This document shows, piece by piece, positions 1 to 10,333 of a DNA stretch of 64,000 nt. The number at the start of each line of letters is the position of its first letter. Position 1 is the stretch's first letter. Location of the stretch: positions 186,001 through 250,000 of IMG/VR virus record IMGVR_UViG_3300035156_000206. One strand, given 5' to 3'. The notes beneath the pieces were generated by a model. The model had not been told where the DNA came from and ran no database searches. It saw only the letters and a program-made list of their open reading frames with translations. Both the position numbers and the translations under genes were made by a program.

Positions 1-375
1 GAGAACATGCCTGAATCAGGTCAGTTCATTTCTGAAGAAGGCAAGAACCGCATTGGTATGTCAACGACTACCCGCTCCAAGCTGAAGGCTTGTCTCAACT
101 TCAAGTCGCTGCTGGAATCAGGCAAGATCACCATCAAGTCGTCACTGCTTGTAACAGAGCTGAAGATGTTCGCTACAGGCAAAGGTTCATACATTGCTCT
201 GCCAGGCGGAACGGACGATATGGTTATGGCTTGTATGATTGTGGTGCGTCTGTTAAGCGAGATCGCTTCGTACGAACAAGAGGCTTTTGACAAGCTGTAT
301 GTGTACTCGGAAGAGGAGATGCAGTTTGGAGATGATGAGGGCAGTATTGAAGAGCCACTCGGAATGATATTCTAA
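1..375 (+). CDS. terL: Terminase large subunit, C-terminal nuclease end (T4 gp17-like); gene begins upstream of the window
   Basis: Frame is open from base 1. KACLNFKSLLESGKITI...ELKMF...GGTDDMVMA matches the T4 gp17 C-terminal pattern (LKDLIE..KL.I...EF.TF...HDDLVM). Confidence 0.85.
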   Translation, partial: ENMPESGQFISEEGKNRIGMSTTTRSKLKACLNFKSLLESGKITIKSSLLVTELKMFATGKGSYIALPGGTDDMVMACMIVVRLLSEIASYEQEAFDKLYVYSEEEMQFGDDEGSIEEPLGMIF

Positions 376-384
376 AGGAACAAG

Positions 385-921
385 ATGTTACTAGTCGAAA
401 TGACACACCTCCAACTGGACGAGATGACCACGTACCAGTTGGACCGAAGCACCCACACAGCGTTTGGAGACACTCGCGAAGCAAGTGCAGGCCGTACCCA
501 AATTGGTAACATTGAGTTTTCATCCACAACTGCAAAGGGTAAGCAGCAGCTCGTGGTGAAGTCAACTGTAACGGGACCTACAGGAAAAAAGTACACGACC
601 TTGATCATCTTTAAGAACGTCAAGTTCGAGCCGGAAGACACCCCACAGAACATCACCATACAAGGTGTGGATGGGCAACCTCTCCATATTGACCCATATA
701 GCACTGGGATGTCTGATGTTCAGGTGCGTTGCGACTGTATGGACTTCTACTGGCGCTTTGCAAACTGGAACTTCAAGCACCACGCACTCTCGGGTGATAA
801 ACCTCCTCCGTATGTGAAGGTGACAGATCGTCCTCCCGTCAATCCTCTCCAAAAAGCTGGTACGTGTAAGCACCTGTACAAGCTTGTTCAACAGATTCGC
901 GCTAAGCAACTAATTGGCTAG
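385..921 (+). CDS. SWIM-type zinc-finger protein
   Basis: CxC...CKH pattern (VRCDCMDF...GTCKHL); AAGGA RBS upstream. Confidence 0.7.
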   Translation: MLLVEMTHLQLDEMTTYQLDRSTHTAFGDTREASAGRTQIGNIEFSSTTAKGKQQLVVKSTVTGPTGKKYTTLIIFKNVKFEPEDTPQNITIQGVDGQPLHIDPYSTGMSDVQVRCDCMDFYWRFANWNFKHHALSGDKPPPYVKVTDRPPVNPLQKAGTCKHLYKLVQQIRAKQLIG

Positions 922-926
922 CAAGT

Positions 927-975
927 TGTTCCCTAGATGGGTCACACTAAATACAGTGATCTATTTAGGGAACAC
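927..975 (+). promoter_or_regulatory. Late promoter TAAATA (948-953) in the loop of a 19-bp RNA hairpin that sequesters the RBS of the fibre gene
   Basis: Arms TGTTCCCTAGATGGGTCAC / GTGATCTATTTAGGGAACA pair fully with three G-U pairs; AGGGA RBS lies in the 3' arm; ATG at 978. Confidence 0.8.
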
Positions 976-977
976 TA

Positions 978-3900
978 ATGAAACTAAAATTCCGCCAAGG
1001 CCTCGTTCGCTGCCAAACAGACAATAATAACAATCCTTTGTTCCTGCAACGCACGGGACATGCTGTTTCTCTGGTCGTATCACCTACCCCAACAATCGTC
1101 ACATTCGCTCACACCGATACAGACTATCTGTACACGGAAGGAAAGAATGTCCCTAGTGCTTGGCTAGGTCCTTTCCTTGCTGATAAAGATTATTGGCTGT
1201 ACTGGGATCTCAATATCATCACAGGACTGCGCACGTTCGGTCACACACTTCGCGCTCCAATCACATCAAGAACTCCTCCAGCACAGCCACTGGTGGATCA
1301 GCACTGGTTTGACTTAAACACAACATCAATGCGTGTGTGGAATGGTAACGTCTGGAATACTGTCATCCGCGTGTTTGCATGTAAGTATGCTCTAGGTACT
1401 GTGTTTGAAACAATGCTGAAGCCTCTGTCGAAGCAATTCACTGGCTCACAAGTGTCTCTTAATGTTCCATGCAAATCGGGAGCACTGATCTTCGATACGG
1501 TTGGAAAGCCCTTGAAGACGTCTACAAATACGTTCTTCACTACTGAAACGGGAGCTGCAGTATCCGGATTCGCAAGTGCCATCAACATCGCATCGTTGTT
1601 CAAGGAAGGTGAGGCTCAAGAAGTTATCCCAGCCTACTCAATGGTATACTTCTCAGGCTTCCACAAGCTCAAGCGTGCCAACAATAATACGTCACCGCTA
1701 ATCCCTGTTGGTATGGTCGAGACGGCGCTGACGCCTGGACAAGTTGGCCAAATGGTAACCGAAGGTTTGGTGGTTAGTGATCAATGGAATTGGACCACTG
1801 TCAACCAGCCTCTGTACATTGGAGTCAATGGGGAACTTACCGTAACACAAATGCAGCCTGATCAAGGTCCAATCGCATTCGTTATGTCACCTGACTCTGT
1901 TATGATCATTCGCACACAGTTATCACGTGGCGATCGAGGTAACGATGGTGTGATTGGTGTAGACGGAGCTGATGGTGCCCCAGGTCCCATTGGACCACAA
2001 GGTTTGCCTGGCGATCAAGGAGAAGTTGGTCCAGAAGGTCCAATCGGACCACAAGGTATTCCAGGTAATGATGGAGCAGATGGATCTCTAAACGCCGTAG
2101 CACGTGCGGGCGACGAGATGACTGGTGCACTGATTCTGCATGCTGATCCAATGACTTCGATGCAAGCTGCCACAAAGCAGTACGCAGACTCAGTATCTAC
2201 AGGCCACTTACGTATCCCATGCCGCGTTGGTTCAAAGACTGCACTGACTCTGTATGGCTCTCAAGTGGTAGACAATGTAGTGGTTGTCGTTGGTGATCGT
2301 GTGCTCGTCAAGAACCAAAGCGGAAATGGTCCGCACAAAGACAATGGTATCTACATAGTTACCAATGGCGAATGGACACGGGCAGGCGATGCTGCCACTA
2401 GCCAAAATATGGTTACTGGTATGATTGTCTATATCAGTGAAGGATCGACTCAAGCAGGACAGGCATTTGTTGTCAGCACTGTTGGTAATATTTTCGTCGG
2501 CACCACACCAATTCAATTTATCTCGTTCAACAACTCGCAGGTAATTGTACTGTCAGGTGCCGCTGGTGGATCGGGAACTACTTCGATCCCTGTCACACTG
2601 ACGAACTCTGGTGTAATCCCCGGCTCGTACACACAAGTGACTGTAAACACTGCTGGTCAAGTAACATATGGACAGAGTCCATCCACTATTGCTGGGTATG
2701 GTATTACCAATGCCGTCAACAAGCAAGGTGACAGCATGTCAGGATTCTTGCAGTTGGTAGCAGATCCAATCCTTGGAGACCATGCTGCGACCAAGAACTA
2801 TGTAGATACTCGCACGTCTGGTCCAGGATTTATCACAGCTGGTGGTCTAGCATTCAACGCAAATAGCCTCAGTGTAGTGTCTGTATCACAAAATCGGATT
2901 GTGGTGAATCCAGGTACCATTGACTTGGCATTGACGGGCGTATCTGCTGGTACATATAACAGCGTAACAGTTGACGGATATGGACGTATCACTGCTGGTT
3001 CGTCAGTAGGAAACTCACAGATCACACTAAGTGGAGATGCTACGGGTTCAGGCACATCCGCAATCAATGTGCAACTATCAAGTACTGGTGTTACAGCAGG
3101 TACGTACACTCAGGTGACAGTCGACGTCAAGGGCCGTATCACTACGGGATCTGCCCCAACAACACTTGCGGGATTCGGAATTACAGATGCGATAAAGAAG
3201 ACCGGCGACACGATGACCGGTAATCTGGTAATGGGTACTTCAGATACGGTATCAGCATCAAATCGTTGGATCCAGCGAGTTCGTGATCCTGTCAACCCAC
3301 AAGACGTTGCTACAAAGAACTATGTGGATACAGCAACTGGTGCGGTACTGACACCAGGCAATGGTTTAGCATTCGAAGGCAATCTACTGAACATTGTACC
3401 AGTAAGTACAAACCGAATCGTTGTTGCTCCAGGCACTATTGATTTAGCTACATCCGGAGCTGCTGCTGGAACATACCAACAAGTTACCGTCGACGTGTAT
3501 GGTCGTGTCACTAGTGGTGCTAATCCTCCACTGGTAAATGCAAACATCACACTATCTGGTGACGTGTCTGGTTCTGGTACTTCTGCAATTGCCGTTACGT
3601 TGGCGAACAGTGGCGTTTCGGCTGGTGCGAACTATACCAAGTTTACGGTCAACTCAAAAGGTATTGTAACTGCAGCTGCTACACCAACGACGTTTGCTGG
3701 ACTGGGGTTAGTAGATGGCCTAGATTCATTAAGTGATGTGGTACTAACTACACCTTCATCATTACAGGTATTGACGTACAATGGTGCCAACTGGATTAAC
3801 TCGTCACCAGCACAAGCAACTGACAAGTTGGTAGCTACCAGTTCTACAGATACTACCCCTGGATACTTACACAGCAAATTGGCATTAACACCACGGTTTT

Positions 3901-4877
3901 CGACATCAATCACTAGCCCAAGTGGAAATGAAACGTTTGCTGTTGACTTAGCCACAACGGGTGTGACGGCTGGTGGTCCATACAACACTTTCAATGTGGA
4001 TGCATATGGTCGCATCACTGTAGCCAATAACACATCTGGCTCTAACCAACCAATCACTCTGTCTGGTGATGCAACAGGAACCGGGTCAACAGCAATTACA
4101 GTAGCCCTGTCCAATACTGGTGTTCCAGCAGGGACGTACACTAAGGTCACTGTCGATGCTAAAGGACGTGTCACTAGTGCTGCCAACCCAACTACCATGT
4201 CTGGGTACGGGCTGACTGATGCTCAGCCATTGAATGGTTTCCTGTCGAACATATCTACAGGCAATGCCGGTATTGTTGCGAAGAACTCAACATCTGCCTA
4301 CTTCATATCGATTGTTGGTACTGCAGGACGAATCAACGTCACCAATGGTGTAGGGTATAATGGAAATCCAACTATCGATCTGGCTTCAGGTGTAATTCCA
4401 GTAGCTGGAACGTATACTAAGTTGACGGTTGATACGTACGGGCGGGTTATTGCTGGTCAAACTATTACAACATCAGATGTTGGTGGATTGGGAACCATTG
4501 CAGGACAGAATGCAAACAACGTAACCCTTACGGGCGGCAGCGTCACCAATACCAAAGTGTTGCCAAGAATTAGCACCGTAGCATATGCCGCAAACGTAAA
4601 TATCGACTGGGCAACTGCGGACATCGTAAGGGTGGTGTTGACGGGGAATATAAATATCACAAACATTGGGGCGGGACCAGGACAGAAATGTATCCTGGAA
4701 TTGATACAAGACGCCACAGGTGGACGTACGGTAACATTCACCACCGAGACCAGGTTTGGCACAGACATCACTGGATTTACCGCATCGACGGGCGCTAACA
4801 AGCTCGACCGCATCGGATTTATCTACAGTGAAATATACACGACATACGATGTCGTTGCAGTTATTCGAGGATTCTAA
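978..4877 (+). CDS. Long virion fibre protein (shared MKLxFRQG N-domain, short collagen segment, repeated ITLSGD.TG.GT / GTY..VTVD.KGR fibre units)
   Basis: 1299-aa ORF with GXY triplets near aa 320-370 and many fibre repeats; the N-terminal ~310 aa are paralogous to ORFs 10372 and 42122. Confidence 0.8.
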   Translation: MKLKFRQGLVRCQTDNNNNPLFLQRTGHAVSLVVSPTPTIVTFAHTDTDYLYTEGKNVPSAWLGPFLADKDYWLYWDLNIITGLRTFGHTLRAPITSRTPPAQPLVDQHWFDLNTTSMRVWNGNVWNTVIRVFACKYALGTVFETMLKPLSKQFTGSQVSLNVPCKSGALIFDTVGKPLKTSTNTFFTTETGAAVSGFASAINIASLFKEGEAQEVIPAYSMVYFSGFHKLKRANNNTSPLIPVGMVETALTPGQVGQMVTEGLVVSDQWNWTTVNQPLYIGVNGELTVTQMQPDQGPIAFVMSPDSVMIIRTQLSRGDRGNDGVIGVDGADGAPGPIGPQGLPGDQGEVGPEGPIGPQGIPGNDGADGSLNAVARAGDEMTGALILHADPMTSMQAATKQYADSVSTGHLRIPCRVGSKTALTLYGSQVVDNVVVVVGDRVLVKNQSGNGPHKDNGIYIVTNGEWTRAGDAATSQNMVTGMIVYISEGSTQAGQAFVVSTVGNIFVGTTPIQFISFNNSQVIVLSGAAGGSGTTSIPVTLTNSGVIPGSYTQVTVNTAGQVTYGQSPSTIAGYGITNAVNKQGDSMSGFLQLVADPILGDHAATKNYVDTRTSGPGFITAGGLAFNANSLSVVSVSQNRIVVNPGTIDLALTGVSAGTYNSVTVDGYGRITAGSSVGNSQITLSGDATGSGTSAINVQLSSTGVTAGTYTQVTVDVKGRITTGSAPTTLAGFGITDAIKKTGDTMTGNLVMGTSDTVSASNRWIQRVRDPVNPQDVATKNYVDTATGAVLTPGNGLAFEGNLLNIVPVSTNRIVVAPGTIDLATSGAAAGTYQQVTVDVYGRVTSGANPPLVNANITLSGDVSGSGTSAIAVTLANSGVSAGANYTKFTVNSKGIVTAAATPTTFAGLGLVDGLDSLSDVVLTTPSSLQVLTYNGANWINSSPAQATDKLVATSSTDTTPGYLHSKLALTPRFSTSITSPSGNETFAVDLATTGVTAGGPYNTFNVDAYGRITVANNTSGSNQPITLSGDATGTGSTAITVALSNTGVPAGTYTKVTVDAKGRVTSAANPTTMSGYGLTDAQPLNGFLSNISTGNAGIVAKNSTSAYFISIVGTAGRINVTNGVGYNGNPTIDLASGVIPVAGTYTKLTVDTYGRVIAGQTITTSDVGGLGTIAGQNANNVTLTGGSVTNTKVLPRISTVAYAANVNIDWATADIVRVVLTGNINITNIGAGPGQKCILELIQDATGGRTVTFTTETRFGTDITGFTASTGANKLDRIGFIYSEIYTTYDVVAVIRGF

Positions 4878-5813
4878 ATGACAGTCACAGTTTACAGATC
4901 AACAGATGCAGGAGCACCCACGTTGAATGGAGTCCGTGGCTCCTTCACGGCAGTGCTTCGTGCCTGTTTAGCAGATGGATATGGTACAAAACCATCTTCT
5001 GGTTGGACAGTCCCCTTTACGGGAACAAACCTTGCAGTACTGAAAATGCCAGCAACATCAAATGGCAGGTATCTTTGGGTTGATGAACAATCACAAGATA
5101 ACAATGTGGTAATGGTCGGCTTCGAGAACATGACCTCTCTTACTGCTGGAACGGGACGGTTTCCGCTTCCGTCAATGGTTCCTCCCATATTGACTAGATC
5201 GATTTCGTATGGTAGTGCGGCAACTCAGTCGTGGATGATTGTAGCATCGGATAAGATATTTTATATGTGGTGGAATGCTGGTGGCACAATTCCATCTGTG
5301 TACATGTACACGTTTGCATTTGGTGACTTTATCTCGTACTTGCCAAACGACATCTACAACACAATCATGATGTCCCCAACGAGCATAAACAGTTATGCTC
5401 TGCAACAGATCATTCCTACTGCAACAGACAGCACTGTATCACCGGGCCATTACATGCCAAGGAATTACACACAAACAGGTGGAGCTATCCAAGTAACTAA
5501 AACTTCGGACTATGCCAAGATTGGTGGATTGGTATTAGGTGCTCAAGGGATGCCATTTCCTAACCCAGTAGATGGCAAAATCTATGTAGCTCCACTATAC
5601 ATATCTGAGTCTGTTGGATCCACGTATGGCATTCTGCGAGGCGTTTTACCTGGTGTGCATGCACCTTGCTTTAAAGCAGCAGGCACCATTAATGACGGTG
5701 ACGTGCTAACAGATGTGATCGGGTTAGAGGGCAAAACGCTTGAATGCAAGACGGTCAATAGTGCAGGCCAAGGCATCGGTATGGTTATATTAGAAACATC
5801 AAACACGTGGTAA
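4878..5813 (+). CDS. Tail-fibre-associated protein, paralogue 1 of 4
   Basis: Starts MTVTVYRSTDAGAP, ends LETSNTW; directly abuts the upstream stop (TAAATG). Confidence 0.7.
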   Translation: MTVTVYRSTDAGAPTLNGVRGSFTAVLRACLADGYGTKPSSGWTVPFTGTNLAVLKMPATSNGRYLWVDEQSQDNNVVMVGFENMTSLTAGTGRFPLPSMVPPILTRSISYGSAATQSWMIVASDKIFYMWWNAGGTIPSVYMYTFAFGDFISYLPNDIYNTIMMSPTSINSYALQQIIPTATDSTVSPGHYMPRNYTQTGGAIQVTKTSDYAKIGGLVLGAQGMPFPNPVDGKIYVAPLYISESVGSTYGILRGVLPGVHAPCFKAAGTINDGDVLTDVIGLEGKTLECKTVNSAGQGIGMVILETSNTW

Positions 5814-5825
5814 CAGAGGAATTAT

Positions 5826-6752
5826 ATGCCAGTAACAGTTTATAGCTCCACAGACGTTGGAGCTCCAGTATTGACGGGTGCCGTAGGATCGATGATTACT
5901 GTGTTGGATGCAGTTCTCGTCAATGGATACGGAGCCAAGTTGGCAGCTGGATGGACCAAGCCTTATGCAGGCACCAACGTTGCAATGTATCGTCAAGGTA
6001 CAGGCAACCAGTTGTATATGCGCGTTGACGATACATCAACACTGTCCGCCAACGTGTATGGGTGCGAGACGAGCAACGGAATCAACAGTTTCACTAATAG
6101 GTTTCCAAATGCGGCCGCTTCTACATCAGGTCTATTCTTCAATAAGTCAAATGCAGCGGATACAACCGCTCGAGCTTGGATGATCATCGCAACATCAAAA
6201 GCACTGTACATGTGGGTAAACATTAACAATGAAGCTGGCAGTGCACTAGTAAACTCCGGGCTTGTGTTTTTTGGTGATATTCAACCTACCAAAGCGAATG
6301 ACATTTACCACACAATGATCATTGGCCATTATGCAGCAGGGTCAACTGGTAGTCAATTTCCATTCCTGGCAACATCATTGCCTGTAGGATTGTCTAGTCA
6401 CTTTATGGCTAGGTCATACACTCAAGTGGGTTCATCCGTACAGGTAAGTAAACACTCAGATTACATGCGTGGTGCCTCTGTTGTAGGTCGTGGGAACATT
6501 ACATTCCCCAACCCTATTGATGGTTCAGTTGTATTGGCGCCTATATGGGTTCATGAGAATTTGCTGAGCAGCTACCCCATCCGCGGCGTGATGCCAGGAG
6601 TGTGGAACATTTGCCACACTGCTCCATTTAACCACGGTGATGTGTTTCAAGGAACAGGACTGTTGGTCGGTAAGACATTCATGGCAGTCAACATGTGGTG
6701 GAATGGATCAACTGCTGCACAAGTAGCAATCGAAACATCGAACACGTGGTAA
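5826..6752 (+). CDS. Tail-fibre-associated protein, paralogue 2 of 4
   Basis: Starts MPVTVYSSTDVGAP, ends IETSNTW; GAGGA RBS. Confidence 0.7.
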   Translation: MPVTVYSSTDVGAPVLTGAVGSMITVLDAVLVNGYGAKLAAGWTKPYAGTNVAMYRQGTGNQLYMRVDDTSTLSANVYGCETSNGINSFTNRFPNAAASTSGLFFNKSNAADTTARAWMIIATSKALYMWVNINNEAGSALVNSGLVFFGDIQPTKANDIYHTMIIGHYAAGSTGSQFPFLATSLPVGLSSHFMARSYTQVGSSVQVSKHSDYMRGASVVGRGNITFPNPIDGSVVLAPIWVHENLLSSYPIRGVMPGVWNICHTAPFNHGDVFQGTGLLVGKTFMAVNMWWNGSTAAQVAIETSNTW

Positions 6753-6762
6753 AGGAGACCCA

Positions 6763-7728
6763 ATGACAGTTAGAGTATACAGATCTACAGACTTGAATGC
6801 CCCTCAGTTGAATATAAACGCGGGCAGTCTGATTACTGTACTGGACGCATGTTTAGTAAATGGGTACGGAGCAAAGACTGGGTCGGGATGGATTAAAACG
6901 CACAGTGGGACAAATGTAGCCGCATATCAGATGCCGTCGGGTACACTCAGGTACATGCGAATCAATGATACGGGTGATAGTGGTGGAGGTACAGCACGCG
7001 TTCGTGGGTTCGAAACTATCACCAACGTAACTACTGGTACCGGAACAGGGTTGTTCCCGACAGACCCTCAAATGTCTGGTGGGTTCAGCATTATGAAGTC
7101 GTATGGGGTTGGATCGGCCTCAACCACCTGGGTACTAATTGCCACCCAGACTATGTTCTATCTTTGGACTAACCCAACCAATAGCGCAAATATAACCAAT
7201 GAATCGTACGTTGGCCTATTTTGCTTTGGCGATCTTATCTCCTATGTGCCAGGAGACATTGGACATACCTATATGTGTGGTCAGGTATCTACAGAGGTAT
7301 ATGCAACATATGCTAACTTTGCAAGAACGATTGCAGGTGGATTTACTGCTACTCAAGGCCAAGTGTTGTGTCGTGGGTATGGACAAGTAACTTCTTCCAT
7401 CCCATGTGCCAAGTTTACGGATGTTTCGAAAAGTGCAGGGCATGGGTTTGCAGGGAACTATCCATTTTCTGTGCAACCATTTCCTGAACCCATAAATCAG
7501 ACCATAAACGTAAGTAAGTTTTGGGTAATCGAAAATAGTCAACCGTTAGTGCGAGGGCATGTGCCTGGTGCTTGGACGTTGCTGCATATTGACCCGTTCA
7601 AGATGGTGAGCGGGTCAGAAGGTAACACCCTCACATTTACCACAGGTGAAATGGCAGGTAAAACTATTGAGTGCTTCTACACTGGTAACAGCAGTAGAAT
7701 ATGGTTAGAAATATCAAATACATGGTAA
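6763..7728 (+). CDS. Tail-fibre-associated protein, paralogue 3 of 4
   Basis: Starts MTVRVYRSTDLNAP, ends LEISNTW; AGGAG RBS. Confidence 0.7.
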   Translation: MTVRVYRSTDLNAPQLNINAGSLITVLDACLVNGYGAKTGSGWIKTHSGTNVAAYQMPSGTLRYMRINDTGDSGGGTARVRGFETITNVTTGTGTGLFPTDPQMSGGFSIMKSYGVGSASTTWVLIATQTMFYLWTNPTNSANITNESYVGLFCFGDLISYVPGDIGHTYMCGQVSTEVYATYANFARTIAGGFTATQGQVLCRGYGQVTSSIPCAKFTDVSKSAGHGFAGNYPFSVQPFPEPINQTINVSKFWVIENSQPLVRGHVPGAWTLLHIDPFKMVSGSEGNTLTFTTGEMAGKTIECFYTGNSSRIWLEISNTW

Positions 7729-7738
7729 AGGTAACACA

Positions 7739-8662
7739 ATGACAGTCCGAGTTTATAGATCGACAGACGCCAGTGCACCAATTATGTCTGGCTCTCCTGG
7801 TGCACTAATTTCTCTGCTAGATGCATGTCTAGTGAATGGATATGGTTCGTCTGTCGCAGCTGGCTGGACAAAACCATTCTTCACGGGTGCTACCGTTGCT
7901 GCATACAAGCAAGGCGCTGGTAGCAATGGTATGTATTTTAAGTTTTTTGATACAGGGACTACGTGGTCAAATTGCTACGGCGCCGAGACTATGACTGACA
8001 TTAACACTACGACCGGAGATTTCCCAAGCCCAGGAACTCGCTCGGTATCTGGTTATAACCCAATTGTTTTCAAAAGCGCATATGGAGACTCAAGCGCTGT
8101 TCCATGGATGTTGGTAGCAAGCGAAAAGTGGTTCATGTTGTTCATAACCAGTGTGCGTGATGCGCTCGCTATTCCAAACTACATCACTGGTTTTTATTGT
8201 GGCGATATAGTATCAGAGCGGGCAAATGATGCGTACGCTACAGCGATCCTATCTGGTACATCATTCCAATACTATGACCAGCAGTTTGCAGCAACCCTAA
8301 ATAATTTGAATGGTATACAACCTGGTAACATGCTTGCACGAGCTTGGTATCAATTGGGAAATTGTGTTCACGTGAGTAAAACAGCAGATCCAGTGCGGGC
8401 GTACACAGGCACATACCCATCAATGACAGATAGCCAGATCTCTCTGTCCCCATGGGTTCTTATGGAAGGCGGCATTGTTCGTGGAAGAGTGCCAGGGATT
8501 TATGTTCCTACCTGGAACAATGGAAATGGTAATACATTTACCATGGTAGATGGACAGCGCGTAAGCTTTACAGAGGGTGAATTGGCTGGTAAAACGTTTG
8601 AAGCAAAATTCATAGCACCAAGCCAACAGTTTCTCTTAATCGAAATATCTAACACATACTGA
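7739..8662 (+). CDS. Tail-fibre-associated protein, paralogue 4 of 4
   Basis: Starts MTVRVYRSTDASAP, ends IEISNTY. Confidence 0.7.
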   Translation: MTVRVYRSTDASAPIMSGSPGALISLLDACLVNGYGSSVAAGWTKPFFTGATVAAYKQGAGSNGMYFKFFDTGTTWSNCYGAETMTDINTTTGDFPSPGTRSVSGYNPIVFKSAYGDSSAVPWMLVASEKWFMLFITSVRDALAIPNYITGFYCGDIVSERANDAYATAILSGTSFQYYDQQFAATLNNLNGIQPGNMLARAWYQLGNCVHVSKTADPVRAYTGTYPSMTDSQISLSPWVLMEGGIVRGRVPGIYVPTWNNGNGNTFTMVDGQRVSFTEGELAGKTFEAKFIAPSQQFLLIEISNTY

Positions 8663-8666
8663 TACC

Positions 8667-10157
8667 ATGACAGCACATACATACTGGAGACTGACCACAG
8701 AAACCAACAACGGTGGGGCAGTTCTGAACATTAGTGAGATTGAATTCCGTACATCACTAAATGGAGCAAACGTTGCTTTAGCATCGATGACTGCTGCTCC
8801 ATCAATAGTAAACAGGTCTAGCAACGTGTTAGGGGCAGCTGCCCTTACAATGATACAAAATGGATCCGTTGATGATAACTCATTAACTGTTCCACTGCCT
8901 TTCACGGTGTCATTCCTTGGTGTGAGCTACAATACCGTGTATGTTGGATCAAATAGCTATGTCACATTCGGGGCTTCAGCTGGTGGGCTGTATTCGGGAG
9001 TTACAGGGTCAAATCCTGCAATACCTAACATTCAAATATGTACAGGAGATCGCAGCTATCAACGCGTGTATACTGGTACCGAAAATAGTGGTGCTACATT
9101 TCGCATTCGCTGGGAAGGAAGCACCTCCACAGGTGGTACACCAGGCTCGCCTACTATGGTGTGGGAGATAACGTTCAATCGCGATACTCCTGATGTAATC
9201 CTGGTCGACATGGGAACAAATGCGGCAGAAGGCAGTGGAGCAACTGGTGTATCAGATTCGACTCAGTATGTTCTTGGTTTTGCAAATGGCACAACAAATA
9301 CTGGTTACACACTCGCACCCGGCAACACTAATCCAACTGGGTTCATTACTACATCAGCAGGGGGTGGGCTGGCAGCGTTTGATGGAGCACCAGGGACGGC
9401 TTGGTCTGTAGCACCAGGTGCTTGGATCCAATACAGATTTTCAGTAGCCAAAGACATTATCCAGCACGTAGTGCGTGCGGACAATATTGCAGTTAATGCA
9501 CCAAAGCGTTGGTCTATTTCTTATTCAGATGATGGTGTTTCTTGGACCAACACTGTGACCATTATGGCACAAGAAAATTGGGGACCTTCCGAGGCACGAA
9601 CATTTACTGATACACAGTGGCCACCAAAGGCAAATGCGGTTACGTATGGCACTGCTGAACCAATCCCAGGTGCAGTGTCGCCGTCCACAATTGGGACAAC
9701 TGCACCGAGACAGTTTTACGCCGCAAAGCTGACAAATGCTGGATGGCCAGCAACAATTGCACCTATTCAGGTAAAGCTTGATTTGAATTCAACCGCATCC
9801 AGGTATCGGTACCTTCCTTGGTGGGCAGTTGACTACAGAGGATACTTCCCAAATGATGCAACAACATTGAATCTGCCAGCATTCAATAACGGCTACACAT
9901 TGCCTTCGCAAGGTATTTCTGTATCTGGCACAATTTCTGGTCAAGTGCAAGAAGAAGGATTACCGGTAGCTGGGAAATTGGTAAGGTTGTACTACCGCCC
10001 AACAGGAGCATTGATTGCGAATGCAATATCGGATGCAACAGGACGATACACATTCAGGGGGCTAGAGCCTAGCGCGAATGTCTACGTAATCACAGCATTC
10101 AACCAAGCACCACTGCAATACGATGCAGTGATCCACGACAACATATCGGCACTATAA
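8667..10157 (+). CDS. Putative receptor-binding/adhesin protein (split discoidin F5/8-like fold, C-terminal carboxypeptidase-regulatory-like beta domain)
   Basis: YWRL...ISEIEF at the N-terminus, APKRWSISYSDDGVSWT discoidin-like motif, ISGQV...VRLYYR.TG...SDATGRYTF at the C-terminus. Confidence 0.55.
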   Translation: MTAHTYWRLTTETNNGGAVLNISEIEFRTSLNGANVALASMTAAPSIVNRSSNVLGAAALTMIQNGSVDDNSLTVPLPFTVSFLGVSYNTVYVGSNSYVTFGASAGGLYSGVTGSNPAIPNIQICTGDRSYQRVYTGTENSGATFRIRWEGSTSTGGTPGSPTMVWEITFNRDTPDVILVDMGTNAAEGSGATGVSDSTQYVLGFANGTTNTGYTLAPGNTNPTGFITTSAGGGLAAFDGAPGTAWSVAPGAWIQYRFSVAKDIIQHVVRADNIAVNAPKRWSISYSDDGVSWTNTVTIMAQENWGPSEARTFTDTQWPPKANAVTYGTAEPIPGAVSPSTIGTTAPRQFYAAKLTNAGWPATIAPIQVKLDLNSTASRYRYLPWWAVDYRGYFPNDATTLNLPAFNNGYTLPSQGISVSGTISGQVQEEGLPVAGKLVRLYYRPTGALIANAISDATGRYTFRGLEPSANVYVITAFNQAPLQYDAVIHDNISAL

Positions 10158-10158
10158 T

Positions 10159-10326
10159 ATGAGCTACAATGCACCGGTTACTCCAAATGTAACACTCAAC
10201 TTTGTGATCAAGCCGTATAACCCACCTGTCACTCCTAATGTGACGCTCAATTTCGGAGCGGTAGCTGGGGGCGGTTCGGGGGGAGGTAACGGCTTCACAT
10301 CATCAAACTTCTTTATGGTGATGTGA
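10159..10326 (+). CDS. 55-aa small protein with tandem YN(A/P)PVTPNVTLNF repeats (below the ORF-track cutoff)
   Basis: Hand translation MSYNAPVTPNVTLNFVIKPYNPPVTPNVTLNFGAVAGGGSGGGNGFTSSNFFMVM; ATG is 1 nt after the upstream stop. Confidence 0.7.
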   Translation: MSYNAPVTPNVTLNFVIKPYNPPVTPNVTLNFGAVAGGGSGGGNGFTSSNFFMVM

Positions 10327-10333
10327 GCTTGAG

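Noticed and set aside
4878-8662. Diversity-generating retroelement or shufflon acting on the fibre paralogues
   Set aside because: No reverse transcriptase, invertase, or template/variable repeat pair with A-specific mismatches is seen in the window.
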